Positions 7,934 to 17,111 of a stretch of DNA of 64,000 nucleotides are shown in pieces. Positions within the stretch are counted from its first letter, which is position 1, and each line of letters begins with the position of its first letter. The notes beneath the pieces are model-generated. The model had not been told where the DNA came from, made no database searches, and saw nothing but the letters and a program-made list of their open reading frames with translations. Both the position numbers and the translations under genes were made by a program. The DNA is from Candidatus Magasanikiibacteriota bacterium (GTDB lineage Bacteria > Patescibacteriota > Patescibacteriia > Magasanikbacterales > UBA922), in assembly GCA_016207245.1 (NCBI GenBank), contig JACQQA010000012.1, positions 5,722-69,721 of the forward strand, in the 5' to 3' direction.

Positions 7934-10399
7934 ATGGAGACTCTGGAAAAGGTCGTGGCGGTCGCAATGCTGTTCCTGTTCGCGATTCTGTTCGTTTCTG
8001 CGGGCTGTTCTACTGGAGTCAAATGGCAGTGCAAGAAGGACTTGGACTGCGACGACGACAATCTCTGCACCAAGGATTCTTGCAGTGCTGGCATCTGCCA
8101 CTTCGCGAAAGTCAAAGGGTGCGACAACCAGCAGGTGTGCGAAGACGACACTTGCGACAAGACTAACGACGGCGAGTCCAAGGTTGACTCGTCCCCGCCT
8201 CCAGACAATCCGTACAATCCACCGCCGGACACTACCACACCTGAACCCAGTCCGGACACAACGGACACTATTGACAGTGGAACGGAGAACGAGGAAGGCG
8301 GGACGACGGAGACGACCGACACCGCCAACCACGATACGGCGGATACGGACGCGACTAATGGAGATGCGGAAGTTGAGAGTGCTGACGAAGAAGTTGCCGG
8401 ACAGGATGCGGAAACGGCGGAAGCGGAGACAACTCAACTGCCGTGTATCACTTGTGACAATGACGTTGAAGCGTCAGATGCTGGTAGTGATACTGCCGGC
8501 AATGGAGCTGAGGCGTCAATCGCTAATCCCGATTCAAGTCCGGACACTACGGACAGCGGAACGGGGAACGATGGGACGGACGGGGACGGAGATGGCGGAA
8601 AAATCGTTCTGCCACTTCAAGATACTGTCGTCGGGACTGATACTCCAACTCCAGATGTTGTGATGACTAACGACAGCAGTGTCGGTCAAAACGACGATGG
8701 CACGGCAGGACTTGTAGAAATCGGAGTTGACAGTGAATCAGAGGTTGGTCAGAACACGGAAACGACGGAAGAGATATCTCAATCGCCGTGCATCTGCGCT
8801 GACGACAACAATCCATGCACCGACGACTTCTGCAACGACGCGAACCAGTGCGTTCACGAATCAATCGTGGACTGTTGCGTCAAGAACGTTGAATGCGACG
8901 ATAGCGATGTCTGCAATGGAGTGGAAACCTGCGACGCGAACAAGTGCGTCGGTGGTGAACCTCTCGTCTGCGACGACTTCAATGTCTGCACCGACGACTA
9001 CTGCGACTCGATGGACGGCTGCGTCTACGAGCCAAACTCAAACCCCTGTGACGATGGCAATGCCTGCACGATTGGCGATGTCTGCGAACAGGGCGAGTGT
9101 GCATACACGGAAACGTGTGAGTGCATCACAAATGCCGAATGCGGAGATGGAAACAAGTGCACCACTGAATCGTGCGTTAGCAACAAATGCAAGTACGATA
9201 ACGTGGGATGCAACGATTCCGACGCTTGCACCACAGACACCTGCGCTCCGGAAATCGGCTGTGTGTTCGCACAGATCGTCGTTGACGACAACGATGCCTG
9301 CACGGACGACAGTTGTAATTCGGACACGGGCGTGGCGCACATCATCAAGGACTGCGATGACAAGAATGCTTGCACTGCGGATTCCTGCGTCGATGGCCAG
9401 TGCGTCCACACTAACACTTGCGAGTGCATCACGAACCTTCAGTGCGATGACGAAGACATTTGCAGTGGAGTGGAAACCTGTGACGACAACAAATGTGTCG
9501 CGGGACAAAAACTCATTTGCAACGACTTCAACGTCTGCACCACCGACACATGCGACCCGGACAAGGGTTGCGTGTACGAACCGGTCAGCGGCTGCTGTAA
9601 GGCAGACGTTGACTGCAACGACCTCAACGAGTGCACCGGCGACGCGTGCGTCAAGTCCAGCGGTGAGTGTGTACACTTCGGCATCATGGGCAACTGTGAT
9701 GATACCAACGAATGCACCACTAACGACGCGTGCAAGGACAGCAAGTGCGTCGGCGGGCCAGCTCCTAGCTGCAATGACAACAATGTCTGCACCGCGGACT
9801 CGTGCGATTCGGCCATCGGCTGTCAGCATTCAGCTGTCAGCGACAACACGTCGTGCGCGGACAGCACAGTCTGCAATGGCGCGGAAACGTGCCAAAGCGG
9901 ACAATGCGAATCTGGCACGCCGCTTGTCTGCGACGACGGAAATCTGTGCACCGACGACTCATGCGACATGGCAGTCGGCTGCCAGCACGCCAACAACTCC
10001 AACCCCTGCGACGATGGCAACGCCTGCACGATTGACGACAGCTGTTCGCAGGGCGCATGTGAATCCGGTGCTCTCAAAAACTGTGGCGACGGGAAGAATT
10101 GCACCCTTGACATGTGCGATGTCAAGCTGGGATGTTTCAATCCTGTCTGGGGTGTTAACCCCAATGATGACTGCGGTAAATGGGACACAGACGGCGACGG
10201 CAAACAGGACAACGGCGCTGACGTGGACTCCGATAACGACGGGGTCTGCGATCCTGGCGAGTCGCAAACCACCGGACAACCTTGCGTCGGGTCGGATAAT
10301 TGCTGGCTAAAAACAAATCCCGCCCAAACCGATACCGACAACGATGGTCTTGGCGACGCCTGCGACCCGGACAAAAATGGAGATGGCATCCCCGACTAA
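7934..10399 (+). CDS. Secreted cysteine-rich repeat protein: CTDC-type (Dictyostelium-repeat / DUF4215 / Myxococcus Cys-rich-repeat-like) repeats followed by thrombospondin-type-3-like calcium-binding repeats
   Basis: At least 13 repeats with CxDxNxCTxDxCxxxxGC spacing (NVCTDDYC, NACTIGDVC, NKCTTESC, DACTTDTC, NACTADSC, NVCTTDTC, NECTGDAC, NVCTADSC, NLCTDDSC, NACTIDDSC, NCTLDMC). The C-terminus DTDGDGKQDNGADVDSDNDGVCDP...DTDNDGLGDACDPDKNGDGIPD has DxDxDG spacing. An acidic T/D/E-rich linker lies between them. Signal peptide METLEKVVAVAMLFLFAILFVSAGC follows an RBS (GAGGTG) before the ATG at 7934; the tracked ORF starts at 7883. GC content is clearly above the window average. Confidence 0.75.
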   Translation: METLEKVVAVAMLFLFAILFVSAGCSTGVKWQCKKDLDCDDDNLCTKDSCSAGICHFAKVKGCDNQQVCEDDTCDKTNDGESKVDSSPPPDNPYNPPPDTTTPEPSPDTTDTIDSGTENEEGGTTETTDTANHDTADTDATNGDAEVESADEEVAGQDAETAEAETTQLPCITCDNDVEASDAGSDTAGNGAEASIANPDSSPDTTDSGTGNDGTDGDGDGGKIVLPLQDTVVGTDTPTPDVVMTNDSSVGQNDDGTAGLVEIGVDSESEVGQNTETTEEISQSPCICADDNNPCTDDFCNDANQCVHESIVDCCVKNVECDDSDVCNGVETCDANKCVGGEPLVCDDFNVCTDDYCDSMDGCVYEPNSNPCDDGNACTIGDVCEQGECAYTETCECITNAECGDGNKCTTESCVSNKCKYDNVGCNDSDACTTDTCAPEIGCVFAQIVVDDNDACTDDSCNSDTGVAHIIKDCDDKNACTADSCVDGQCVHTNTCECITNLQCDDEDICSGVETCDDNKCVAGQKLICNDFNVCTTDTCDPDKGCVYEPVSGCCKADVDCNDLNECTGDACVKSSGECVHFGIMGNCDDTNECTTNDACKDSKCVGGPAPSCNDNNVCTADSCDSAIGCQHSAVSDNTSCADSTVCNGAETCQSGQCESGTPLVCDDGNLCTDDSCDMAVGCQHANNSNPCDDGNACTIDDSCSQGACESGALKNCGDGKNCTLDMCDVKLGCFNPVWGVNPNDDCGKWDTDGDGKQDNGADVDSDNDGVCDPGESQTTGQPCVGSDNCWLKTNPAQTDTDNDGLGDACDPDKNGDGIPD

Positions 10400-10608
10400 A
10401 ACCAACCAGCTCTTTCATAGCCGAAGCAATCCTTCCCGCTTCGGCTCCAATCCCTTTTGTTTATTTTAAAAGTAAACAGAAGAGAACCCCGCCCTGAGCT
10501 TGCCGAAGGACGGGGTTTTATTTATACTTGACTTATTGACCAAATTATTTTATAATTTCCGCAATAAAACAATGACACGCATTCGTCTCGCTTCGCGAGC
10601 CGAAACAA

Positions 10609-10680
10609 GCCGCCATCGTCTAGTGGTTAGGACACGAGGTTTTCAACCTTGTAACAGGGGTTCGATTCCCCTTGGCGGTA
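10609..10680 (+). tRNA. tRNA-Glu (anticodon UUC)
   Basis: GCCGCCATCGTCTAGTGGTTAGGACACGAGGTTTTCAACCTTGTAACAGGGGTTCGATTCCCCTTGGCGGTA. The acceptor stem pairs (G1-U72 wobble), the anticodon loop TTTTCAA gives UUC, and the T-loop GGTTCGATTCC is canonical. CCA is not encoded. Confidence 0.85.
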
Positions 10681-10687
10681 CAACCTT

Positions 10688-11782
10688 ATGCTCATCCTCG
10701 GCATTGAATCTTCCTGCGACGACACTTCAATCGCACTGATTGACGCGTCAGCGCGCGGTTTTAAAATACTGGCGGAAAAAACCGCGAGCCAAATTGAGGT
10801 GCACAAAAAATACGGCGGGGTGGTGCCGGAAATCGCGGGGCGGTGCCATGCGGAGCAAATTTTACCCTTGATTGAGAAAGTAATGAAACCCTTCGACTCC
10901 GCTCAGGGTAAACCGGATATAATCGCTGTGACATCAGGACCTGGTTTAATCACCGGCTTAATGGTGGGAGTGGAAGCGGCGAAGACATTGTCTTATTTGT
11001 GGAATATTCCTGTTGTTGCTGTCAATCATATTGATGGCCATATTCACAGTGTGGAGATTCAAAATTCAAAGAAACAAAAAACAAACAATATCAAATATCC
11101 CTGCCTCGCCGGCAGGCAGGCAATATCAAATATCCAATATCCCGCACTTGCGTTGATTGCGAGCGGCGGGCATACGGAGTTAATTTATATAAAAAAAGAA
11201 AACCATTATAAAAAAATCGGCACGACGTTGGATGATGCGGCCGGAGAATGTTTTGACAAAGTGGCAAAGTTGTTGGGGTTTGATTATCCGGGCGGACCAA
11301 AAATTTCTAAATTTGCTGAAACCGGCAATCCGCAGGCAATTAAATTTCCGCGTCCGATGTTAGACAAAAATAATTTTGATTTCAGCTTTGCAGGATTAAA
11401 AACATCCGCGCTTTATTGGCTTAGCGACAATTCTCCTAAAACCTATCACCTAAAACCTAAAACCTTAACAGACTTCTGCGCCAGTTTTGAACAAGCAATC
11501 ATAGATGTCCTCGTAGGCAAAACTCTCAAGGCAGCGGGAAAATACCAACCAAAAACTATTATCATGGGTGGAGGAGTAGCCGCCAATAAAAAATTACGAG
11601 AAACCTTGAAAGAACAAACCAACACACTTATTCCTAATTCATTATTCCTAATTCCTCAATTCGCCTACGCCATGGACAACGCCGCCATGATCGCTGTCGC
11701 CGGATATTATCACGCTATAAAAAAAGACTTCACGCCGTGGCAAAAACTCAAAGCCGATCCGGAGTGGGAGATAACGCGATAA
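10688..11782 (+). CDS. tsaD: tRNA N6-adenosine threonylcarbamoyltransferase TsaD (Kae1/Gcp family)
   Basis: N-terminal GIESSCDDTSIALI and the metal-binding HIDGHIHS motif. Carries an in-frame insertion encoded by a repeat element at 11087-11142. Confidence 0.85.
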   Translation: MLILGIESSCDDTSIALIDASARGFKILAEKTASQIEVHKKYGGVVPEIAGRCHAEQILPLIEKVMKPFDSAQGKPDIIAVTSGPGLITGLMVGVEAAKTLSYLWNIPVVAVNHIDGHIHSVEIQNSKKQKTNNIKYPCLAGRQAISNIQYPALALIASGGHTELIYIKKENHYKKIGTTLDDAAGECFDKVAKLLGFDYPGGPKISKFAETGNPQAIKFPRPMLDKNNFDFSFAGLKTSALYWLSDNSPKTYHLKPKTLTDFCASFEQAIIDVLVGKTLKAAGKYQPKTIIMGGGVAANKKLRETLKEQTNTLIPNSLFLIPQFAYAMDNAAMIAVAGYYHAIKKDFTPWQKLKADPEWEITR

Positions 11783-11784
11783 TG

Positions 11785-14700
11785 TTACTCGTCCACTTCC
11801 ACCCTCCCCTCTCCCACCACTTTCTTCAACTCATCTTCAACATTACTATTCCAATCAATCATCGCCTGCGCGCGGATGGTGTTGTCAGCGACTTTGACGA
11901 AAACTTGATAATCTCCCGGATGTTTAAGAAAAATATTTTTTAATTCCTGCGCCTTAGTTTTCAGTTCTTCTTTGCTTAAATTTATTACCACCGCCTTATC
12001 TGCCTGATGTTGTCGGACATTGTTGCCTGAAGTCGCGCCCAGAGATAATTCACGGCATACGCGCAAAGCGTTTTCTTTGGTCAGCAACAAAACTTTTTCC
12101 ACAAATACTTTGTTATCGCCCTTTTCTTTCGGGGTTTTGCCGACCACGCAGACGATATTCCCCTCTTGCCACAAGCCTTGTGTTTGTTCATATACCTTCG
12201 GAAACACCAACAGCTCCATCAGCCCGGTAGTATCTTGAATCACGGCGAATATCATCACGCCGCCTTTTTTGGTGATTTTTTTCTTGATGGAATCAACAAT
12301 CCCGCCGATTATCACCCAGCCGTCGCGCGAAGAATCTTCAATCTGATTCAACGGCACGAGCGAGCGCGCCATTATTTTTTGAAAATGCTCAAACGGATGC
12401 GCGGAAACATACAAGCCCAGCAATTCTTTTTCCCACTTTAATTTTTCGTCCAAACTTGCCGGCGACGCTTCTTTTAGTTTAACTTTATTGTCCAACATAA
12501 TCGCTGAACCGGCGAACAAAGAATTCTGCGAAGTATTTTTGTGCTCGCGCCGTTCTCTGACAAAAGCTAAAATATTTTCCACGTTAAAAAGCAAAAGACC
12601 GCGGTCAAAACCAAAACAATCCAGCGCGCCTGACTTGGCCAAACTTTCAACGGATTTTTTATTCAAATCTTTGTCATCGACGCGCTCTAAAAAATTTTCC
12701 AACGACTGATACGGCCCGCGTTCTTTCCGTTCGCGGTAAATCACGCCGCTGATATGTTCGCCTAAATTTTTGACAGCGTTCAAACCAAAACGGATGCGGC
12801 CAGGCTCCCCTGGTTTTGATACCATGGCGAAGTTGCGGTAACTTTCATTGACATCCGGCGGTAGAACCTCAATATTCATCCGCCGACATTCCGGCACAAT
12901 TTCCGATACTTTATCAGTATCGCCGGATTCCGCCTGCAAAATCGCGGTCATATATTGCACCGGATAGTGCGCTTTCAGATAAGCGGTCTGATAGGCCACG
13001 GTGCCGTAACTTGCGGCATGGGATTTATTAAAACCGTAAGCGGCAAACGGCTCTATTGTTTCCCACAACCGATTAATTTTTTCCTCTGATAATTTACCGT
13101 TGTCGCGGCACCCTTGAAAAAATTTAATCTTTTGTTTTTCCATTTCCGCGGGAATTTTCTTGCCAATCGCTTTTCTGAATTTATCCGCTTCCGTCCAACT
13201 GTATCCGGCCAACTCAATGGCGGTTAAAATAACATCGTCCTGATAAACCAGCAGGCCGAATGAAGCGCCCAAATATTTTTCCATTCGCGGATCAAGATAA
13301 TCCACTGATTCCGGATTATGTTTGCGGCGGATATATTCTGGGATTGATTCCATGGGCCCGGGACGATACAGAGCGACCATGGCCATGATATCGTCAATCG
13401 TGGTGGGTTTAAGTTCTTTAAGCCAGCGCGTCATTCCCGAACCGCCAAGCTGAAACGTGCCCATAGTTTCTCCGCGCGCGAGCATTTCAAATGTCTCCCG
13501 GTCATCAAAAGGCAGTTTATAAATATCTATTTTTTCACCGGTAGTTTTTTCCACAAATTCAACCGCTTTCCCTAAAATTGACAGGTTGCGGATACCTAAA
13601 AAATCCATCTTCAACAAACCGGCTGATTCCACCGCGTGCATTTCATATTGAGTGATGGTCTTCTCGCCGCCGGTTTCTTTTTGTATCGGAGTAAAGTCAG
13701 TCAGCGCCGTCGGCGCGATGACCACGCCCGCGGCGTGAATGGAGGTATGACGCGCGCAGCCCTCAACTTTTCGAGCTAAATCCAGCAGACGTTTCACTTC
13801 CGGGTTGGATCCGTAAAGTTTTTTTAAATCAGGTTCTTCAGCCAAAGCGCGGTCAATCGTCATGTGAAAACCCTGCGAACCCATGGGAATCAATTTCGCG
13901 ACTTGATCACAAAAACTGTAAGAATAGCCCAACGCACGGCCAACATCCCGTACGCTCGCCCGCGCCGCCATAGTTCCGAAAGTGATAATCTGCGCCACTT
14001 TTTCTTTTCCGTATTTATTGGTAACATAATCAATCATCTCATCGCGGCGGTCATCGGCAAAATCAGTGTCAATATCCGGCGGACTGGGTCGGAATGGATT
14101 CAAAAATCGTTCAAACGGCAATTTAAATCTAATCGGATCAACGGTTGTGATACCCATCACATAAGAAACGAGGGATCCGGCCGCCGAACCTCTGGTGGTT
14201 TCAACTATTCCATGCGCTTTCGCGTAATTTACGTAATCAGCCACGCAAAGAAAATACGGCGAATATCCTTTTTCGCTGATAATTTTTAATTCGTATTCCA
14301 TCCGCGCCCTGACTTCATCAGTTATTGGCTGATAATAATCGCCGACACGCGCGCTGACGATTTTTTGCATCACTTCCGCCGCGGTTTTCCCCGCAGGCAA
14401 TTCAACCGGCGCAAAATGCCAAGCGTTTAAATCAATTTCTAAGTTTACCCGCTCCGCTATTTTAACGGTGTTTTCAATCGCCTCCGGAACATGGCGAAAA
14501 CGGGAAATAATATCTTTGGCTTTATTTAACGAGCGGTCCACTTGGCGAAAATCTTTCCGATTCATCTGGCCGACTTTCCAGCCTTCGCGAATACAGGTTA
14601 AAATATCCTGCGCTTCCGCGTCATCAGTATCCAAATAATGAACATCGCGCGTTACCACCATCGAAATTCCGGTATCTTTTGACAATTGAATAATTTTTGT

Positions 14701-15267
14701 GTTCACATCCAACTGCCCCTCAATCGCCGGATGATCTTGGAGTTCCAAATAAAAATTGTCTTGACCAAAAATCTCATTATATTCCAAAGCTATTTTTTTC
14801 GCTTTCTCATGCTCCCCTTTTTTGAGCAATGCCGGCACTTCGCCCTCAATACAACCTGTTAAAGCAATGATGCCTCTGAAATGTTTTTTTAAAACTTCTT
14901 TATCAATTCTTGATTTGCCGTTAAAAAATCCTTCCAAATGCCCGATGGACGATAAACTCATTAAATTTTTATAACCCTCGTAATTTTCCGCTAACAAAAT
15001 CAAATGATAAAGTTCTTTGTCAGTCTGCGGATCTTTATCAGTCAATTTCCGCGGCCCCAAATACGCCTCAAATCCAATAATCGGTTTAATGCCTTCCGCG
15101 CGGCAAGCCTCATAAAACTCAATCGCGCCATACAACGAACCGCTGTCAGTCAAAGCCAGCATTAAAAAACCCCGCTCTTTCGCGGCCTTAACTAACGGCT
15201 TGATTTGCGTCAAACCGTCTAAAAGAGAATAGTGGGAGTGAACATGCAAGTGAATGAATTTATCCAT
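11785..15267 (-). CDS. dnaE: DNA polymerase III alpha subunit
   Basis: 1160 aa with the PHP domain HLHVHSHYSLLDG at the N-terminus. Length and motif arrangement are typical of DnaE. Confidence 0.9.
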   Translation of the reverse strand: MDKFIHLHVHSHYSLLDGLTQIKPLVKAAKERGFLMLALTDSGSLYGAIEFYEACRAEGIKPIIGFEAYLGPRKLTDKDPQTDKELYHLILLAENYEGYKNLMSLSSIGHLEGFFNGKSRIDKEVLKKHFRGIIALTGCIEGEVPALLKKGEHEKAKKIALEYNEIFGQDNFYLELQDHPAIEGQLDVNTKIIQLSKDTGISMVVTRDVHYLDTDDAEAQDILTCIREGWKVGQMNRKDFRQVDRSLNKAKDIISRFRHVPEAIENTVKIAERVNLEIDLNAWHFAPVELPAGKTAAEVMQKIVSARVGDYYQPITDEVRARMEYELKIISEKGYSPYFLCVADYVNYAKAHGIVETTRGSAAGSLVSYVMGITTVDPIRFKLPFERFLNPFRPSPPDIDTDFADDRRDEMIDYVTNKYGKEKVAQIITFGTMAARASVRDVGRALGYSYSFCDQVAKLIPMGSQGFHMTIDRALAEEPDLKKLYGSNPEVKRLLDLARKVEGCARHTSIHAAGVVIAPTALTDFTPIQKETGGEKTITQYEMHAVESAGLLKMDFLGIRNLSILGKAVEFVEKTTGEKIDIYKLPFDDRETFEMLARGETMGTFQLGGSGMTRWLKELKPTTIDDIMAMVALYRPGPMESIPEYIRRKHNPESVDYLDPRMEKYLGASFGLLVYQDDVILTAIELAGYSWTEADKFRKAIGKKIPAEMEKQKIKFFQGCRDNGKLSEEKINRLWETIEPFAAYGFNKSHAASYGTVAYQTAYLKAHYPVQYMTAILQAESGDTDKVSEIVPECRRMNIEVLPPDVNESYRNFAMVSKPGEPGRIRFGLNAVKNLGEHISGVIYRERKERGPYQSLENFLERVDDKDLNKKSVESLAKSGALDCFGFDRGLLLFNVENILAFVRERREHKNTSQNSLFAGSAIMLDNKVKLKEASPASLDEKLKWEKELLGLYVSAHPFEHFQKIMARSLVPLNQIEDSSRDGWVIIGGIVDSIKKKITKKGGVMIFAVIQDTTGLMELLVFPKVYEQTQGLWQEGNIVCVVGKTPKEKGDNKVFVEKVLLLTKENALRVCRELSLGATSGNNVRQHQADKAVVINLSKEELKTKAQELKNIFLKHPGDYQVFVKVADNTIRAQAMIDWNSNVEDELKKVVGEGRVEVDE

Positions 15268-15413
15268 AACAGTGCTATATTATAATATCCGGCCTTTTTT
15301 GACAATGCCGCTTATCATAACACAAAATACAGATAACAAAACACAAAAACAACCTGATTATTGTCAAAAACCAACTGTAATGTTAAAATCAATTTATACT
15401 TAACAAACCTGCT

Positions 15414-16163
15414 ATGCCAAAAATAGGTATTATCGGCGGATCTGGATTGGACAGCCCCGATATATTGGAAAAAAGCCAAGAAAAAAATGCGGAAAATAAA
15501 TATGGCAAACTATCTTCCTCGTTGATTGAAGGCAAAATCAACGGCGTTGACGTGATTTTGCTTGCCAGACACGGACGCGAGCACACCATACCGCCGACAC
15601 AGGTGAATTTTCGCGCTAATATCTTGGCGCTAAAAAACGAAGGATGTACCCACATTTTAGCTACCACCGCGGTTGGATCATTGCGTGAGGAAATCGGCCG
15701 CGGGCATTTGGTGATTCTAGACCAATTTATTGATTTTACCAAACATCGCTTCTCTACTTTTTACGAAGAATTCGCTCCGCACCAACCCCAACACACGCCC
15801 ATGGCAGAGCCGTTTTCCGCGGAGCTACGCCAACTGCTTATTGATGGCTGTAAAGATTTAAATTTAACTTTTCATGAGCGAGGCACCGTGGTGACGATTG
15901 AGGGGCCGCGATTTTCCACCAAAGCGGAAAGCAAAATGTTCCGCGCCTGGGGCGCGGATGTGATAAATATGAGCATCGCGCCGGAAGCGACACTGGCAAA
16001 AGAAGCCGGCATACCATACGCCGCGATTGCCATGTCAACAGATTATGACTGCTGGAAAGAAGACGAGGAGCCTGTTTCTTGGCAAGCAATTTTGGAAATC
16101 TTTAAACAGAATGCCGAAAAAGTTACTAACCTCATTTTGCGCGCTATCCCCAACATTAAATAA
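15414..16163 (+). CDS. mtnP: S-methyl-5-prime-thioadenosine phosphorylase / purine nucleoside phosphorylase family
   Basis: [10 protein letters not shown]-terminal phosphate-binding motif; [18 protein letters not shown]; 249 aa. Confidence 0.75.
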   Translation: MPKIGIIGGSGLDSPDILEKSQEKNAENKYGKLSSSLIEGKINGVDVILLARHGREHTIPPTQVNFRANILALKNEGCTHILATTAVGSLREEIGRGHLVILDQFIDFTKHRFSTFYEEFAPHQPQHTPMAEPFSAELRQLLIDGCKDLNLTFHERGTVVTIEGPRFSTKAESKMFRAWGADVINMSIAPEATLAKEAGIPYAAIAMSTDYDCWKEDEEPVSWQAILEIFKQNAEKVTNLILRAIPNIK

Positions 16164-16164
16164 T

Positions 16165-16698
16165 ATGTCAAACTCATTAAAAGAAAAAATCCGCACCATT
16201 CCCAACTGGCCAAAACAGGGCATTATGTTCCGCGATATTACTACCCTGCTTCAAGACAGCGAAGGATTTAAACATTTGCTTGATCTGCTGTATGAAAGAT
16301 ACAAAAATTTTTCCATCGGCAAGGTGGCGGGAATTGAAGCGCGCGGTTTTATCATCGGCGCCGCTTTGGCTGATCGGCTCGGCGTTGGTTTTGTTCCGGT
16401 GCGCAAAAAAGGCAAACTGCCGGCGGAAACGATTCGGGAAGAATATGAAAAAGAATACGGCCCGGATATTATTGAAATCCACAAAGACGCGATTTGCTCT
16501 GGCGAAAAAATCCTGCTGATTGATGATCTGATAGCAACCGGCGGCACCGCCCTTGCCGCGTGCAAACTGATTAAAAAAACTGGAGCTAATATCATTGAGT
16601 GCGGTTTTGTGGTTGATTTACCGGAATTGGGCGGCAGCAAAAAAATTGAAGACGCGGGATTCAAAACTTTTCATCTGGTTGAGTTTGAAGGAGAATAA
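16165..16698 (+). CDS. apt: Adenine phosphoribosyltransferase
   Basis: [26 protein letters not shown] start and PRPP-binding motif [13 protein letters not shown]. The tracked ORF (16027) is extended upstream; the ATG at 16165 directly follows the mtnP stop. Confidence 0.85.
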   Translation: MSNSLKEKIRTIPNWPKQGIMFRDITTLLQDSEGFKHLLDLLYERYKNFSIGKVAGIEARGFIIGAALADRLGVGFVPVRKKGKLPAETIREEYEKEYGPDIIEIHKDAICSGEKILLIDDLIATGGTALAACKLIKKTGANIIECGFVVDLPELGGSKKIEDAGFKTFHLVEFEGE

Positions 16699-16702
16699 AA
16701 AA

Positions 16703-16740
16703 CAGCGGCCTTATCGCCGCTGTAATATTTTATTAATATC
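16703..16740. terminator. Bidirectional rho-independent terminator between apt (+) and a DUF948-like gene (-)
   Basis: Hairpin CAGCGGCcttatCGCCGCTG flanked by A-run and T-run. Confidence 0.55.
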
Positions 16741-16754
16741 CTTTAATATTTTCG

Positions 16755-17081
16755 TTATATTCCCATTGTTTTATTTCTTCTTTTTTTCTCTCCCCTCTCA
16801 TCCAACTTACTCGCCAGCTTGTTGACCACAAACTTTTCCACCAAATTCGCCACCATTGTGCTCACCACACCCATGCTACTGGATAGGCCGTCAACTTTCT
16901 TGCGGATAAATTCCACCGCGTCGGTGATCAATTCTAATTTTTGCGTCAGATTTTCTATAATCCGATTGGCATTTCGCAAAACCCGCGCCGCTTGATACAG
17001 GAGCCAGCACAAAAAAACCGTGAACCACAAAATACTAAACGCGGAGACAATATATAAAAGATCCGAACTTGTTTCTAACAT
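16755..17081 (-). CDS. Small membrane protein, DUF948-like (coiled-coil)
   Basis: 108 aa with an N-terminal TM helix (IVSAFSILWFTVFLCWLLY) then a coiled-coil segment. Family assignment is tentative. Confidence 0.4.
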   Translation of the reverse strand: MLETSSDLLYIVSAFSILWFTVFLCWLLYQAARVLRNANRIIENLTQKLELITDAVEFIRKKVDGLSSSMGVVSTMVANLVEKFVVNKLASKLDERGEKKRRNKTMGI

Positions 17082-17111
17082 ATTTTTCCTCCTTAAAAAT
17101 AAGTAAGTGTA

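Noticed and set aside
8085-10310. Long alternative-frame ORFs (192 aa at 8085..8663, 527 aa at 8727..10310 and several minus-strand ORFs) overlapping the Cys-rich repeat gene
   Set aside because: They are T/A/S/R-rich low-complexity translations of the off frames of a GC-rich repetitive gene. Only the frame starting at 7934 gives a signal peptide and regular Cys repeats.
10500-10739. 79-aa ORF overlapping tRNA-Glu and the tsaD start
   Set aside because: It overlaps a well-folded tRNA gene and the start of a conserved gene, and has no RBS.
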